Positions 12,467 through 24,986 of a stretch of DNA of 64,000 nt are shown here, in pieces; the first letter of the stretch is position 1, and each line of letters opens with the position of its first letter. A program made the position numbers and the translations under genes. Source of the stretch: Haplodiscus bocki (taxonomy: Eukaryota); the NCBI GenBank assembly GCA_965655095.1, contig OZ296648.1, forward strand, positions 147,064,001-147,128,000, given 5' to 3'. Under the pieces are notes generated by a model. The model did no database searches. It saw only the letters and a list, made by a program, of their open reading frames with translations, and was not told the DNA's origin.

Positions 12467-15000
12467 TTAACTGAACATATTTGCCGCACCTTCGAAACAA
12501 TCCATTTCATCCGAGTCCGAATTTTCTAGAACAATCAACTCTTGGCTGTTATGAACTTTTGATACATGTTCAGCTTTGTCACCGCGGCATTGAATATTGC
12601 AGAGGTCGCAGAAAAAGCCATGTACGTGGTCCATATGATGTCTATAAGAAGTCTTTGTCATGAGAATTTCACAACCAAGTTCACATTGAACATGCGGCTC
12701 CGAGCATAGGTGGGTCTTCTTGATATGAAAATCGTACTTCACGACACAGTCCAGTTTAGATCCACAAAAATCACATTCGAAAGTTTTGGGAACACTCGTT
12801 TTGTCAGCATGTTTTAGTTGAACGTGAAGATACAGCTCAGATAGCACGAGAAATTTCTGTGAGCCTTCAGGGCAAAAAGTGCACCGGAATCCACCGTCAG
12901 GCGGACAAGAATAGGAGCACAGCTTACATCTGGTCCATTTTGATTTCTCGAAAAGGGTGGGTTCTTTGACTTGAAATACTTCTGGACCCGAACCAGGAAT
13001 GTCCAAGTCTCCATCACTTACAGGTGATGTTGTGCATTCTCTGGACACAGGCAAAGTTGGCAATATTAGTGTAGAATCAGGTGTGTTGCCCCCAATATCA
13101 TCGCTCAAATTATTCTCCAGGTCTTCGTTAGAAATAGGAGACAAGTTTGCGTTATTTGGGGTGCCAATTCGTCTTCCTTTTTCATACGAGATATTTCCTG
13201 GGTTTTTTGCAGTAGTTATTGGTGCTTCTGAGTTAGGACTGAATTTATCATGTTGAACTCGTATCAAAATCTGACCCGTTTCCGCCACTACCGATCGTTT
13301 TGTCTCAACTTGCGTTGAATTTCTCGCTTGAGCACCATTTCTGTCACCAAAAATATCAACTGTGTTTCTTTCCAAACTAGCACCGACAGAAGTTTTCGGA
13401 CTCAATGTAGCGTCAACATCCTTGAAGAACTGCGATATTGAGTCTACTTGTGATGAATGTCCGTTTTCTCGTTTAATAGGAAGCTCTATGCGCTTTTGAG
13501 TACTAGCGGAATTGTTTCTGGAACCTTCATGGGGAAACCTTTCTTCACGGAATCGTTTCTCACGTGGAGACTGAGATCTCTTGCCAGATCGCGATCTACG
13601 TCTAGATCTCGATCTTCGTCGCGATTTGGATCGACGTCCAGAGCCAGATCGCTGACCAGACTCGGACCGTTTCCTTGACTTGGATTTAAGCCTCGATCTT
13701 GATCTTCGCTCACGTCTAGAGGACTTCGACCTCGATCTTCGTCGTCTTTCTCTACTACCATGTCTACCTTTAGATCCTGATCTCCTTCGATCTTTGGATG
13801 ATCTAGATCTTTTTCGATCTTTGGGCGATCTTGATCTTCTATCTCTGGGTGATCTTGACCTCCTACGGGATACGCTGCGACTTCGTTTCCGTTTAAGGTC
13901 ATTTCTTGAATCTTTGCCACTACTTGAAGTGCTTTCTTTCGATACAGTAGAACGGCGGTTTTTAGCATCTGCATTATCGCTTCTCGATTCTTCATTCATA
14001 GGTTTTGAACAAAGCTGAGACAACCTTGAGATTGGCAACAATTCAGTAGGACTTCTTGAATTGGAGTTGGAACAACGCGAAGTCTTTTTCTTGAACAGAT
14101 CGTCAACTTCTTTCTCAAGTTTTGACATTCGCTCGGAACTCAACTTATGCCTGGGTTTGGATTGCATTTGAAGAAGCTCAATAGGCTTTGAGTTTGTGGA
14201 AACCATTTCAGAGATATTTCCAAGACTTCGTCTGGGCGAGTTCAACACTCCATTTTCTTTGATCTCCTCTTCCTCTAAAGGTGATCCGTCGATGTCTTCG
14301 TAATATTTGGCTAGGTTACCGATATTGATAGAAATTGGAATTTCCTTCCCACTCGGTCGGTTAATTCGATCCCTTTTTGAGTCGAATGATCCTAAATCAT
14401 CTCTTACCGCGTTACCTAAAGCCGATATATGTATCTTCGGTTTCGTTCCATCAAATTTTGACTTGCTTCTCAAAAACGGGTTTTCATCAAAAACTGTGCT
14501 TTTGGAATGCGATAGAAGATCATCCAATTGACTTCTTGTTTCACCGGACAAAATTGAACTTGTGCCAGAACTGCAGCCCATTGGCTTGGTTTTCCAGTCT
14601 CGACTAGATTCGTCTGAGGTCTTCGAAGACCAAGTCCTGCTGGATTCTTCCGACGTACTTGCATTACAGTTTCGGGTTGACTCTTTTGAGATACTACTCG
14701 GAGTCCAATTCCGGGTTGATTCTTCGGCCTCTTCAGGAGTCCAATCTCCACTTGCGGTGAAAATGGAAGATCCTAATCTTGCTGAAGATGATCCATAAAC
14801 TATATTCTGATCATATGGTCGGAAGTCATCAGGTGAACTGGAGCGCTCATGTTCACGATACTTTCGACTGGTGATCGACTCTTGATGTTCGTTTCCACCA
14901 TTGACCTTTTGTTGATCGTTTCGGTCATTGAACTGCTGCTGGTAGTTTGAGTTATCGTACGCATCTTTTCTACTATGTCTGCTTTTTGAGCTTCCGCTTC
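12467..15000 (-). CDS. Last exon of a ~1457-aa RS-domain / C2H2 zinc-finger protein (RS tract plus C-terminal cluster of 4 C2H2 fingers)
   Basis: Acceptor TTTACCAG|GA at 15001/15000 (phase 1). The frame is open from 15000 into the 704-aa ORF and ends at TAA 12467. RS dipeptide tract at ~13550-13890. Fingers include CTFC..HVQLKH, CDFC..HIKKTH, CELGC..HMDHVH and CDLC..HVSKVH. Confidence 0.88.
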
Positions 15001-15227
15001 CTGGTAAACATTACTTGAATTAAAAACCCAATTTTGAATCAGACTTCCACGGTTTTTCCTCCCAAAATAAAAATCCCAAAATTGTACGAAAAGCCGTTGT
15101 TTCTAGCAAAAAAATTGTTCTCTACCAAAAAAAATTCTAGCCTATTACATAACAATGATTTCAGTTCACGAATGGTCGTCCTTTGCTTGTGGTTCATGGA
15201 CGACAAAAGCAGGAAACTATTGATAAC

Positions 15228-16291
15228 CTTCAATTAGGGTGGAGCTTGATGATGAAGTTTTCTCTGATCTACCAATAAAATCTTGATACTTTTTGCTCGA
15301 AGAATGTCCATGGAATGTAGCCGTATGCTCTCCCAACGAACTGCTAAGAAGATCGTTGCAGGTTTCACATGCATGCACAGAATAAACATGATCAGGCAAT
15401 GATCTTGAATTCTCATGCGGAATCAGCGCCTTGCATCCGAATATACATTCTAGGTGTTCGCTGGTACACAAATGCTTGCTGTAATAATGGACCCTCAGTG
15501 CAAGCGGGTTTTTTGGAAAAATTTCCCTACAGTTTGAAACATCGCATTGAAAATTAGTTTCGGTCAACTTTCCATGTTGCTGCCATTCATGAACATATCT
15601 GTCAGCCAGGGTTGTAAATTTCGCGGGACACAAAAAACAGTTATACTTGTTTGCCGGGTATACCAAGCAGCACATTATGTTGGGGCAATGGAATTCTTTT
15701 TCAGGGGGGTCTGTTAACGCTACGGGTTGTGACGAGGATGATATTGAATGAAAAATAACATTTGATATATTGACGCCTTTCCAATGTTTTTCAGCAATCA
15801 TTCTTTCTAAGTATGTATCGTAGAATTTCTGATGGTCCGCCGAAGGAACTTTGAAGTCACTGAATACTCGTTTAAAGCCACTCAAAATGTTTTTGATTCT
15901 CTGCTCAGATGTAACATTCGCTTCCTTCATAATTGATTGATACTTTTCATCCAAAGCTTCGGTTAACGGGTCCTCATTAGGAAGCTTCTCCGCATCATTT
16001 CTGGTTCCTTGACTTGATGGCGAATTAGATCGACCCCGATTGTACGAAAAACCATCATCGTCGGTTTCTTTACGTCTCATCATTTTTTCGAATTTCTCAT
16101 ATCGGGCTTTCACTGCAAGCGAATTGGGGTCCAAGTCTGTTCCCTTCGACACCCCGCTAAAAGAAGGTCTTTCAAGTTCGTTTGGTTCAGTTTCCGTCTT
16201 TTTGATCACAGCAGTTGGCCCAAAGTTTGTTTTTCTTCCAGTAAACTTGACACCTTTCTTGGGTTTGAAGCCTTGGTAGAGATACGCGAAC
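15228..16291 (-). CDS. Internal exon of the RS/C2H2 zinc-finger gene (first zinc-finger cluster)
   Basis: Acceptor TTTTAAG|G at 16292/16291 (phase 2) and donor GAAG|GTTATC at 15228/15227 (phase 1); both phases fit the flanking exons. Encodes CFLC..HEWQQH, CDVSNC..HYYSKH, CIFGC..HVYSVH and CETC..HTATFH. Confidence 0.85.
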
Positions 16292-16334
16292 CTTAAAAGG
16301 AATGCCCATGAACAAAAAGCAACGTAAGTCTTAC

Positions 16335-16346
16335 CTCGTATAGAAT
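16335..16346 (-). CDS. Candidate 12-nt frame-preserving micro-exon of the RS/C2H2 gene
   Basis: AAAAAG|ATTCTATACGAG|GTAAGA, phase 2-2, giving DPK-FYTR-FAYLY. It is followed by a 43-nt intron. The acceptor pyrimidine tract is weak. Confidence 0.45.
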
Positions 16347-16535
16347 CTTTTTAGAATATCCAAAAATTAGTTTCTCTCGCTTTTTTTACTCAACAACAGC
16401 ATCAAATTAAAGAATCATAAGTAACGAGGCAAAAATTCGGGACCCAAAAATTCAAACAACCATTCCATCCCACCAAAAAAATCTAAACTCGATGGAAAAC
16501 GCAAATTTTCATTGCAAAGACAAAAGGAGCCGTAC

Positions 16536-17299
16536 TTTGGATCGACCATTTTCTCGACAACGTGTGTTGCTTCAGCTGGGTTTTCAGTGCCCATCACTTT
16601 GTGTAGTCCATAAAAGGCTTCATTGTGGGTCTTGTAAGCTTTCTTCTCCGGAACCTCGCTAGCAGTCTGCAATTTGCCCATCCTTTCCATGACCCTTTTC
16701 TGGATACTTCTGTTCGTACGAATAGCTTCCTCATAACTAGCCGGCTTCATAATTATATCTTTTGCACCAGAGCCTAGACCCGAAGCCGAAGAACTGCTTG
16801 AGGTGGAGCTAGCACCGGAACTTGAAACTTCTGGACACTGTGGTTCTGATGGTTTGCGGTCGGAAGGTTTTGCCCAGACACTTTCTTTGTTCCTCTTTGA
16901 TGGCGGCAACTTGGCCTGTCCATAATTTGCAGGTGCGATATGTTTTACCTGCAAATCAGGACCTGATGATGATGACGATGGTCTCGAACTTCTGCTTCCA
17001 TGGGCCAAGTCTTTTTGATCTTGGGTGCTGGAAAACTTTTTGAGCATGCTTTTGTTGGAACTTCCATAACTAATTTTATCATCAGATGAAGTCAAAGACG
17101 AGGAACTACTTTTCATCCACGGAGGAGTTTCCGTCAAACTCCCGCTTGATGTTGGTAGCTGATCTGAAAAACTAGGGTAACTAGAGACTCTTCGGGGGGT
17201 TGGAGGGGTAACACTGCCGTTGCTTGATTTTGGGGGAGCAAATTTGGACGGTGGAAGAATGTTGAGCCGATTCGGGTCCAAAAATTTATCGTCATCCAT
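16536..17299 (-). CDS. First coding exon of the RS/C2H2 zinc-finger gene (Ser/Pro-rich disordered N-terminus)
   Basis: The first in-frame ATG is at 17299 (MDDDKFLDPNRL..) within the 315-codon ORF. Donor CCAAA|GTACGG at 16536/16535 (phase 2). The joined CDS is 4374 nt including the micro-exon. Confidence 0.78.
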
Positions 17300-17769
17300 G
17301 TGGTGTGAACTTGGGTGGGACGAAGGGAGAATTGACTCAAATCTTTTGGCGAATTGCAGCAAAGATTGATGAATGGCAAGATTTCGATTGAAGGTTCATA
17401 TCAAGCTGAAAAAAATGAATGCTGAAATGACAATGGCGCAAGCTTCTGAAAAAATTTGATTTTGCAGCTGGAATAACAGCCAGACTACTTTCTTCTTTTG
17501 ATGCCTTGGCTCCGAGATGATGAAGATGACTTTCAAAGCAGTTTTGATTTCCACCAGATAATCAACCACAAGCGCCATGAAAGCGTTTGTTCGAAATTTT
17601 GACATATGGTGTTTTTGAGAAACTGGATATAGTTCCCTTAAAAAACTCCAGTTGCCTCGAGCAAAAAACATCGATATATTTAAAGCGACCCTTCAAATTC
17701 CGCAGGCGTAACGCAGTCTTCGCAAACCTTACAGACCAGTAAAGCCACCATATCGAAAATCAAAGCAAT

Positions 17770-18436
17770 CTTATATAAAATGGAGATGGTGAACAGTGAC
17801 TCGGCGTTTCGAAAGTATCAATTTTTTTCTGACATCATTGCCGGAAGAACGAAGTCAGCAAGTGACAATAGTGAGTCAATAAAAGCGAGTAAATAAAAAT
17901 CAGTGTTTTGGCAATGGTGTCATGATGATCATGCCCAATGAGAAAGCGAGTGAGTTCATTACGTCGTCCGCTACATTCACTCGCCTGCTTTATTCATTCA
18001 ACGTGATAATAGTGACTTCGAAACCGAAAAAAAAACGTTTCCGGATCTTTAAAATGTTTTGGAGAGATTAAAAATTCAATGTACCGATGTGACAGAAGGG
18101 TTTGCTAGTCTTTAAAATACTAGCAAAACCTCATGCCAGATCAGCAGATTAAATTTTCAATCTGTTCAAAAACAGTAAATTTTTTCGGCTTCGGAGTCAC
18201 TGTTATGACGCTAAAAGAATGTAGCTGACGACTTCGATTTGATATTTCACTCACTTTCTCCATTCGTTATGACTATGATGACACCATAGCCGAAATACTA
18301 TCACTGAGTTTAAACACATTTTTTCTTGACTCGCTATCTTCACTTGCTTGCTTGCGTTCTTTCGGTAATGACGTCAGAAAAATTTTGATAATTTCGAAGA
18401 GAAGAGACACGGTTCACTGTCTCCATTTTACAAAGG
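17770..18436. mobile_element. Foldback / palindromic MITE-like element (~660 bp imperfect inverted repeat)
   Basis: The arms pair along their length: AAAATGGAGATGGTGAAC / GTTCACTGTCTCCATTTT, TGACATCATTGCCGGAAGAACG / CGTTCTTTCGGTAATGACGTCA, GGTGTCAT / ATGACACC and GCTACATTC / GAATGTAGC. The centre is GGTTTGCTAGT..ACTAGCAAAACC at ~18110. Confidence 0.8.
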
Positions 18437-20259
18437 ATATTCATCATCACTGTTCTGAGGCCGCTAATTAGCAATCTGGCGAAATGCGAGCATTTTTTCA
18501 ACGATTTCAGTTTGCGATACTATAATTGCCGTTTTCCCGGACACTATATTTTGTTTCTGAGGATAGTGATGTGGATTGAAGCCGCCGGATTTTCCAAAAA
18601 AAATGATATCAATTCTGAGATCCTCGAAAAAATTAAAATTGAATAAATGCACCTGAAATTCGGGTCTCAAGCTCTAAATTTGGGTTCGACTTTTGTTTCA
18701 AAATTCGAAGCAACTTTTTTCTAAACCTTTTGGGTTTTGAATATTAAAATTTTTGCTTGAGGACATCACCAGATGATCGCTATTGTAGTTTCGAACCACA
18801 AAGAAATTTCAATTCACCATATGTAAACAAGAGTGATTCCAAAACTGCTTCCGGGTAGATGATGATAAACTTACAGGATGGTCAGAACTTTCGAGCAAAT
18901 TCCTTTTCCCTGTAAAACATCATATCTTTTCTAAAAGTTGAAAATTAGGATCAATAATCGGACAGTAGGGTAGTGTGTTTAGTTTAATCATAGCTGAAAC
19001 TGAAAACTTTTCTCATCCCAATAGCTGTTTTTCAATCAAATACTTCAACTCTCTCCGGTATAAATTTCATAAATCATTGTAGAAAACAAAACTCAAAAAC
19101 CTCTCGTGACGATACCTATAATCTGATCTCTTTTCAAGATACATCATCGACTCCGGGTGGTTTTTCCATAAAATTTCAACCAACAGATTCTTGAAAAATC
19201 AAAGTCATCGACAGAAGATTTGAATCTGGCATTGCATCTAGAAGATATAGTGTACACAAATTGAACGCCATTAAAAGGTAGAAAACAGCATGATCAAAGA
19301 ATGATAAAAGTCAATGACATCATCTCTGGAGCTTTCACTGAGCACAGCGACTAAAGAACCATTCAACTTGTCAAAGAAGATTCTAAAGTTCACCGAAATG
19401 AATCATTTTTGCTATCTTGACTTGGATTTCTACAATATGGTTAAATACACAAAAAATCTGAAATGATTCTGGTAACTTTCTCTCCGGTCAAGACTTTGAA
19501 AAATACAGCAGCCATGCGAAAATGAACAAACTAGGCTCAAATTGCCGCGGTCAAACATTGCAAAAGCCTATCCAATCGCCAATTAGTCCGAGATGGAAAA
19601 CACGAGAAGTCAGTCACGCGCCCACTAAACACGACACCACGAAAAAGTGAAGCTAAAGGAGCGGCGTTCACTCTACGGGTAACAATGGACGGAGTATAAT
19701 TATTTTGCATCCGGGATGTTTGTTCGGGGTTGACAGTGAGAACAGACAAATTATTTTCGACCGTTCTGAAAATCAATTTCTTCTGCGCTGTCAATAGTAG
19801 CATATTTTTCAGTTATTGTTTTGATGCTCAAATGGAACAGGAAACAAGCCGCTCATTAGGAACCCGAGCGTACTGATCGTAACCTAAAAAACAATGGTGG
19901 CGAAGAAAGAAGATACAAGATCTTTCCAAGTAAATGAAGACAATCAATTCCAAGGTTACATTAGCCAAAATGAATCATCTAAACATCCAGCAGGTTCTAA
20001 AATGAGCACACTTTCTTTTAATCGCTCTGAAATTTAGTCCTTTTGCGTTCTTTAGCATCATTCAGCATTCATTGCGGTCACCAGCAGCGTTTAGGAAATC
20101 GCTAACAACTTTGCTCCAAAAATCAAACGCTATTAAGCATTATTATAAGTCGCTAAAGCGCTGACAATATAATCCATCTAACGTTGAAACAGCAACATCG
20201 TCAAGGGCCCAAGTGAAGCCGACAAGAAAAATATAATTTAAACGAAATCACAGAGGCAA

Positions 20260-20750
20260 AGCGGAACTTTGCCACACATTCTGAATTGTCAGTTGAGATC
20301 AAAGACCCCAAAAGACACTTGAAATCATGATCAAAGATGTGATTGGTACTTTTTAGATATACTACATCAGCTGTCAATCAAGAGTTTGTTCAAAAAATTC
20401 AAATTGAGACAAGGACGTATCACAGAGCTCATACTCAAGAATTTGATATCTCAATCATGTCTCTTCAGGTTACGTAGATTGCTGCCCAGTGTTTGGGAAA
20501 TTTGCAAAGAAAAAACGCCAAAATGAACAAGTACCTACCTGATATGTTAATAATGTCCTTTCAGGTTACGCCAGTTTGCTAGGCAATGTCTTCGGAGTTT
20601 GCATTGAATACCACTCCAAAATGAGTAAAGACTGCCAAAAGGCCGTTGTTGGTAGTTTACACAATGACTAGACTCTCATGACGTCAAATATTGCAAGTTT
20701 TGGACAGGATTTCAAAAACTATGCATAATCCGGTTTCAATACACATTCTT
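20260..20750 (+). repeat. Dispersed repeat family, copy A
   Basis: Blocks such as GCGGAACTTTGCCACACATTC, ATGAACAAGTACC and CTAGACTCTCATGACGTCA are shared with copies at ~21660-22220, ~25195-25480 and ~41990-42180. Confidence 0.6.
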
Positions 20751-21659
20751 CCCTTCAATCAGAAAATACAATAAAACATCAAAGGTTATCTAAAAGTCTC
20801 AGTCGACTAAAAATTAGAAGGAAACAACGTCTCAAGATGCAGCCATAATTATTGATAGGGATGAGAAATTGAACCTGTTGGGCTATTGCTTTTTCATTTG
20901 TTAAATTTGAGAGGCAAGCTTCTTTGAAAGGGGCAACAAGTCGTGAAATCTATTGTCCCTAACTGTACAACTAACTTCAAATGGCGTAGAGACAATTAAT
21001 ATCAGGCAGCAATTCTTATCAAGCGACAACTGATATCAAAATGAAAAGGCGACAATCAGGGCCTACAAAACATCACAGCGAGAAAGCCGCGTAATTTAAG
21101 GCGAAAAAGTTAACTTTCAAATCCCGTGAAAAGCACGTCAAAATTTGCCCCGAAATACTACTTTTCCTTGAGAAATAGTTTAATTCAGGACAACTTGTGG
21201 CAGCTAAAACTAATTTTCGTTTGGAAAAGTTGCAAACTCAATTACTGATTATCAATCGACCAAAATTTTGTGCCCTCGGCCAAAACTTCCGGCATCGAGA
21301 GACAAAACTGCAATCTAGACTGTGCAAAAGCTTTGATTCGGCTTTTCAATATGAAGGATCAAAGATTCTCGAATGTAAAACGATGATACTTAAGTAAATT
21401 TTGAAATATCGGGCTCCAACTGATATCAAATTGGTATCATTTATAAATGAGCGCATTTTGTACGACGGAGTTTAATTATTATCAGTCAAGCATCAATTGC
21501 TACGCTACCAAAAATCTTCTCACCTGCTATTATGCTGACAGCAGCTTAAGTTCAAAACTGCTAGCACATAAGTTGGCACATGAACATGTGGGCCATTTAC
21601 TAAGAATTGAATTGAAAAAATTGACACATGCGATCATTCCAATTCTTAAATTTCATACG

Positions 21660-22220
21660 AAGCGGAATTTCGCAACACATTCCTACTTGTCAATAGTTTG
21701 AATTTAGCAAATTCCCATCTGAGGTCCTGAGAGAAATTTGCGAACATGATGGTAGATGTGAGTGACCCTTTGGGTTACTGGACTGGCAGTCGAAAAAAAG
21801 TTCGGAAAAAGTCGAATCGAGACAAGTACCTGTCACAGTGCTTCATAGTCAAACATTTGATCTGTCAACCATGCTTCTTTCAGTTTCGCCATTTTGCAGC
21901 CTCGTACTTGAACAGCGAACAACGTGAAAATGAACAACATACCAAAAAAATTGCTCTATATTTAAGATTTGAATACATACATAAATGAAACATGATTTTT
22001 GGGAGACTGTTGTTCATTTTTTCAGATCATATGTTCATATAATTAACACTTTTCACAACGCCAAGATGAACAAATACCTGCCAAAGGTCTCAAAAATGTC
22101 ACTTTTGCTCGTTTTGATTAAAACGCTAGACTCTCTGATGACGTCACAAAATGCAAGTTTTTTGACAGGACAAAAAAAATTAAGCAAAGGCCGGTTTCCA
22201 AAACACATCATCCTTGAAGT
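21660..22220 (+). repeat. Dispersed repeat family, copy B
   Basis: Contains GCGGAATTTCGCAACACATTC, ATGAACAAATACC and CTAGACTCTCTGATGACGTCACAAAATGCAAG, in the same order as copy A. Confidence 0.6.
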
Positions 22221-22511
22221 CAAACAGGACGGACACTTTCACGTGCTCGTAGAAATATACGAATAGTTGCTTTTAAAACAAAACTGGCGCAGCACGCACA
22301 TCACTCTTCCTCTTTGGGGTTGTTGTCTCGATGACAGAGTTGCCCACACTCAATCAAAAGTGTTTTGCAAGAGCAGTTGTGAAATTTTTTGGGCAGAGTG
22401 AAATTTTCTAAGCAAGTGTTCAGCAATTTCATAAAATTATTAATTCCGAATTAAAAATGACATTTCTGATTGTAGGTTAAGTACGTGGGTCTGCGAAGAT
22501 ATTTCTTTTCC

Positions 22512-22711
22512 NNNNNNNNNNNNNNNNNNNNNNNNNNNNNNNNNNNNNNNNNNNNNNNNNNNNNNNNNNNNNNNNNNNNNNNNNNNNNNNNNNNNNNNNN
22601 NNNNNNNNNNNNNNNNNNNNNNNNNNNNNNNNNNNNNNNNNNNNNNNNNNNNNNNNNNNNNNNNNNNNNNNNNNNNNNNNNNNNNNNNNNNNNNNNNNNN
22701 NNNNNNNNNNN
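22512..22711. other. Assembly gap (200 N)
   Basis: Run of N; contiguity across the gap is scaffold-inferred. Confidence 0.99.
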
Positions 22712-24304
22712 CAACACCATGTTTCGAACATCAAATTCTACAAATTACGATTCCGATGTGCACTTTTTTCTCCCTTTAATTGTATCTCCACCAACAATTG
22801 AAGTCGAGAACGGGTCGATTCGCATCTATCGCAAACAAATATGCAAATAAAAAACAGCAAATTTCAGCGAACAGCTGTTCTCAAGAATGGATTTTTCTGT
22901 CCTCCGTCTTTCCCATCCGATTTGAAAGATTCCAAACGACTGTATGAAGGTAGAGATAATGATTTTCCTCCTTTATTCGATAAAACAGCCGGAAAATAGT
23001 GAAATATTGGTATATACCATAGAGCACAATCACTTCCGAAAAGATGTCATCATTTGTATATGAAGAACCTCTACTTGTACTCGAAAGGAACATGGCTTAA
23101 CTCATTTCATGGTTTCCACTATGCTACTTACCTTCTCGAAACCACAATAAAGTTTGGATGTCAGTGGAAGCCTTGAATATAGAAATGGGCGGGAAAGTGC
23201 ACCTGATTCGTATTGAACAGTCCTTTCATGGAGTTCGTTAATTTAGCCGACGCGTATTTATGCTAACCTTGATTAATAACGAACATAAATCTCATTGGAT
23301 AACTAACGACTTTTGAAACTGAATTCCCAATTATAAGCATTTCACTTTAATCCGACAATTTTGACGAAGTAGCTCAATTCTTTTGAATTGATTGTTCGAC
23401 TTAATCTTAATAAAGCTTCTGAGTCGTGCCAGTAACAGTCACGTTCGGCATAAATATTAGTCGGTATTAATCATCATGACCCATTTTTATAGCCATTATG
23501 TATGCCTTTTTCATTTTGCCCCGTTGTCTCATGGCTAATCTCTTTATGAGCAGCCAACACTACGCTTCGGTTTCAGCTAATATCCACAATATCTCAAGTT
23601 ACGTTTTTTTGCTCAGCCAGGCTTTGTAGAACGTTTCCAGTGCTTATCGCAACGATGAAACAACAGAAGTCATAGTTACCATTGTAATAGAAGTCATACA
23701 TAGTTAACATTGAGGTTCATGTCCTGATGACTTTACTTAAGCTTCAAACTCGTGTAGTAAACAGTTCGGGAATTACAAGTCCAAACAGGAACAGATTTTT
23801 TCTCTCAACTCCCCATCCCCCCTCCCACCAGTAGTAACAAGAAATCTAGCTCCTCCCACGAGGAAGCGAGCTCTTCTCAGATTGGTTTAAATTCACTCAC
23901 ACACGTGAGATAAACCATTACGCTGCTTATTATTACCCATGTCCAGTATGGTGGGGCGGAGCAGTGAAGTTAACAGAGAAAATCTCCAGGAACTATTAGT
24001 TTGACTGATTATAATTTATTATTTTCAGCAAGTTCACTACTGCTGTCCATAACTCCAGATATATATTTAAAAATTGGTCACCAAATTTAGGCAACAATAG
24101 CTCAAAAACTAGAGCTCGATTGTTATATGAGTGGTACTTTGATTAAAACAGTTAAGACCTTTCTTCCTGTACTCTACAAATAGGTTAAGCAATTTACATC
24201 AATGCACACCAGAGTTGCAACTTCAAGTTCGCTAAATAAAAACTACGATGATTTGCCTCAATTAGAACATAATCTAAAACTACCCAATATTTCAGAACTA
24301 AAAT

Positions 24305-24986
24305 TTAATTTCTCAATAAATACACAAAGTACCTGCATAATGCATGAAAATCAACACTCTTCAAAATCTCAGCATCATTCTCCGAAGTCAAGTTTTCACT
24401 ATCCACCCAATCACTTTTTTCTTCAACTTTCAAAATTTGTTTGAGCAGTTTTACCAAGGGGTCCTTGCAAAGACCTTGCTCCAACTTGTCCTTATTTTTT
24501 TCCAAGAAAACATTGTAGGCACTGATTGAAAACACATACTGTTGAAATGTGAACAAATTCCATTTGTTGAGCTCCGAAAACTTTAAAAAGGTGATGTCTG
24601 AAAAATATTTATCGAAGGGCAAGTCTTCGTAAAAGTTTTCCAGAATGTTGCGGTCGAATTCGAAATACGGTAGAATAGTTGTATAAAATGCAGAAAAATA
24701 TTCCTCGTAAACTGCAAATTTAGCGTCGTAACTGTCAAAGAGAATAGCAGAGTTGCAAATAGTTTCCATGAGACTCGCATCTTTTTTGAGGGTTTCGTTC
24801 ATAACCATGGGTCTGGTGTAACCCACCGGTGCAAAAATAGTACTGGGTGTGAAAGTTCGTCCGAACTGGGTGAGAAAGTCATCGAAAGGTAGCCAATGGA
24901 ATCCTTGGGCTACAGTGACTAACACTGTTTTTTCCACGCTTTCCCCAGTTTTCGAGAGGGCTCCGTGTAAGTCGCATGCATCATGT
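24305..24986 (-). CDS. Exon 2 of a class I SAM-dependent methyltransferase (Methyltransf_11-like, 327 aa total)
   Basis: Acceptor TTTAG|A at 24987/24986 (phase 2) continues the frame: K-HDACDLHG..VLVTVAQGFHWLPFDDFLTQFGRTFTPSTIFAPVGY. This matches the 'lVTvAQAfHW..F..f.RvLkPgG.la..gY' pattern of this family. Stop at 24305. Confidence 0.85.

Noticed and set aside
13457-14018. Overlapping ORFs rich in DLDL / EIEDQD (13680-14018 +, 13486-13995 -)
   Set aside because: These are antisense and alternate-frame shadows of the RS-repeat coding sequence.
22451-22850. ORFs spanning the N run
   Set aside because: Artefacts of the assembly gap.
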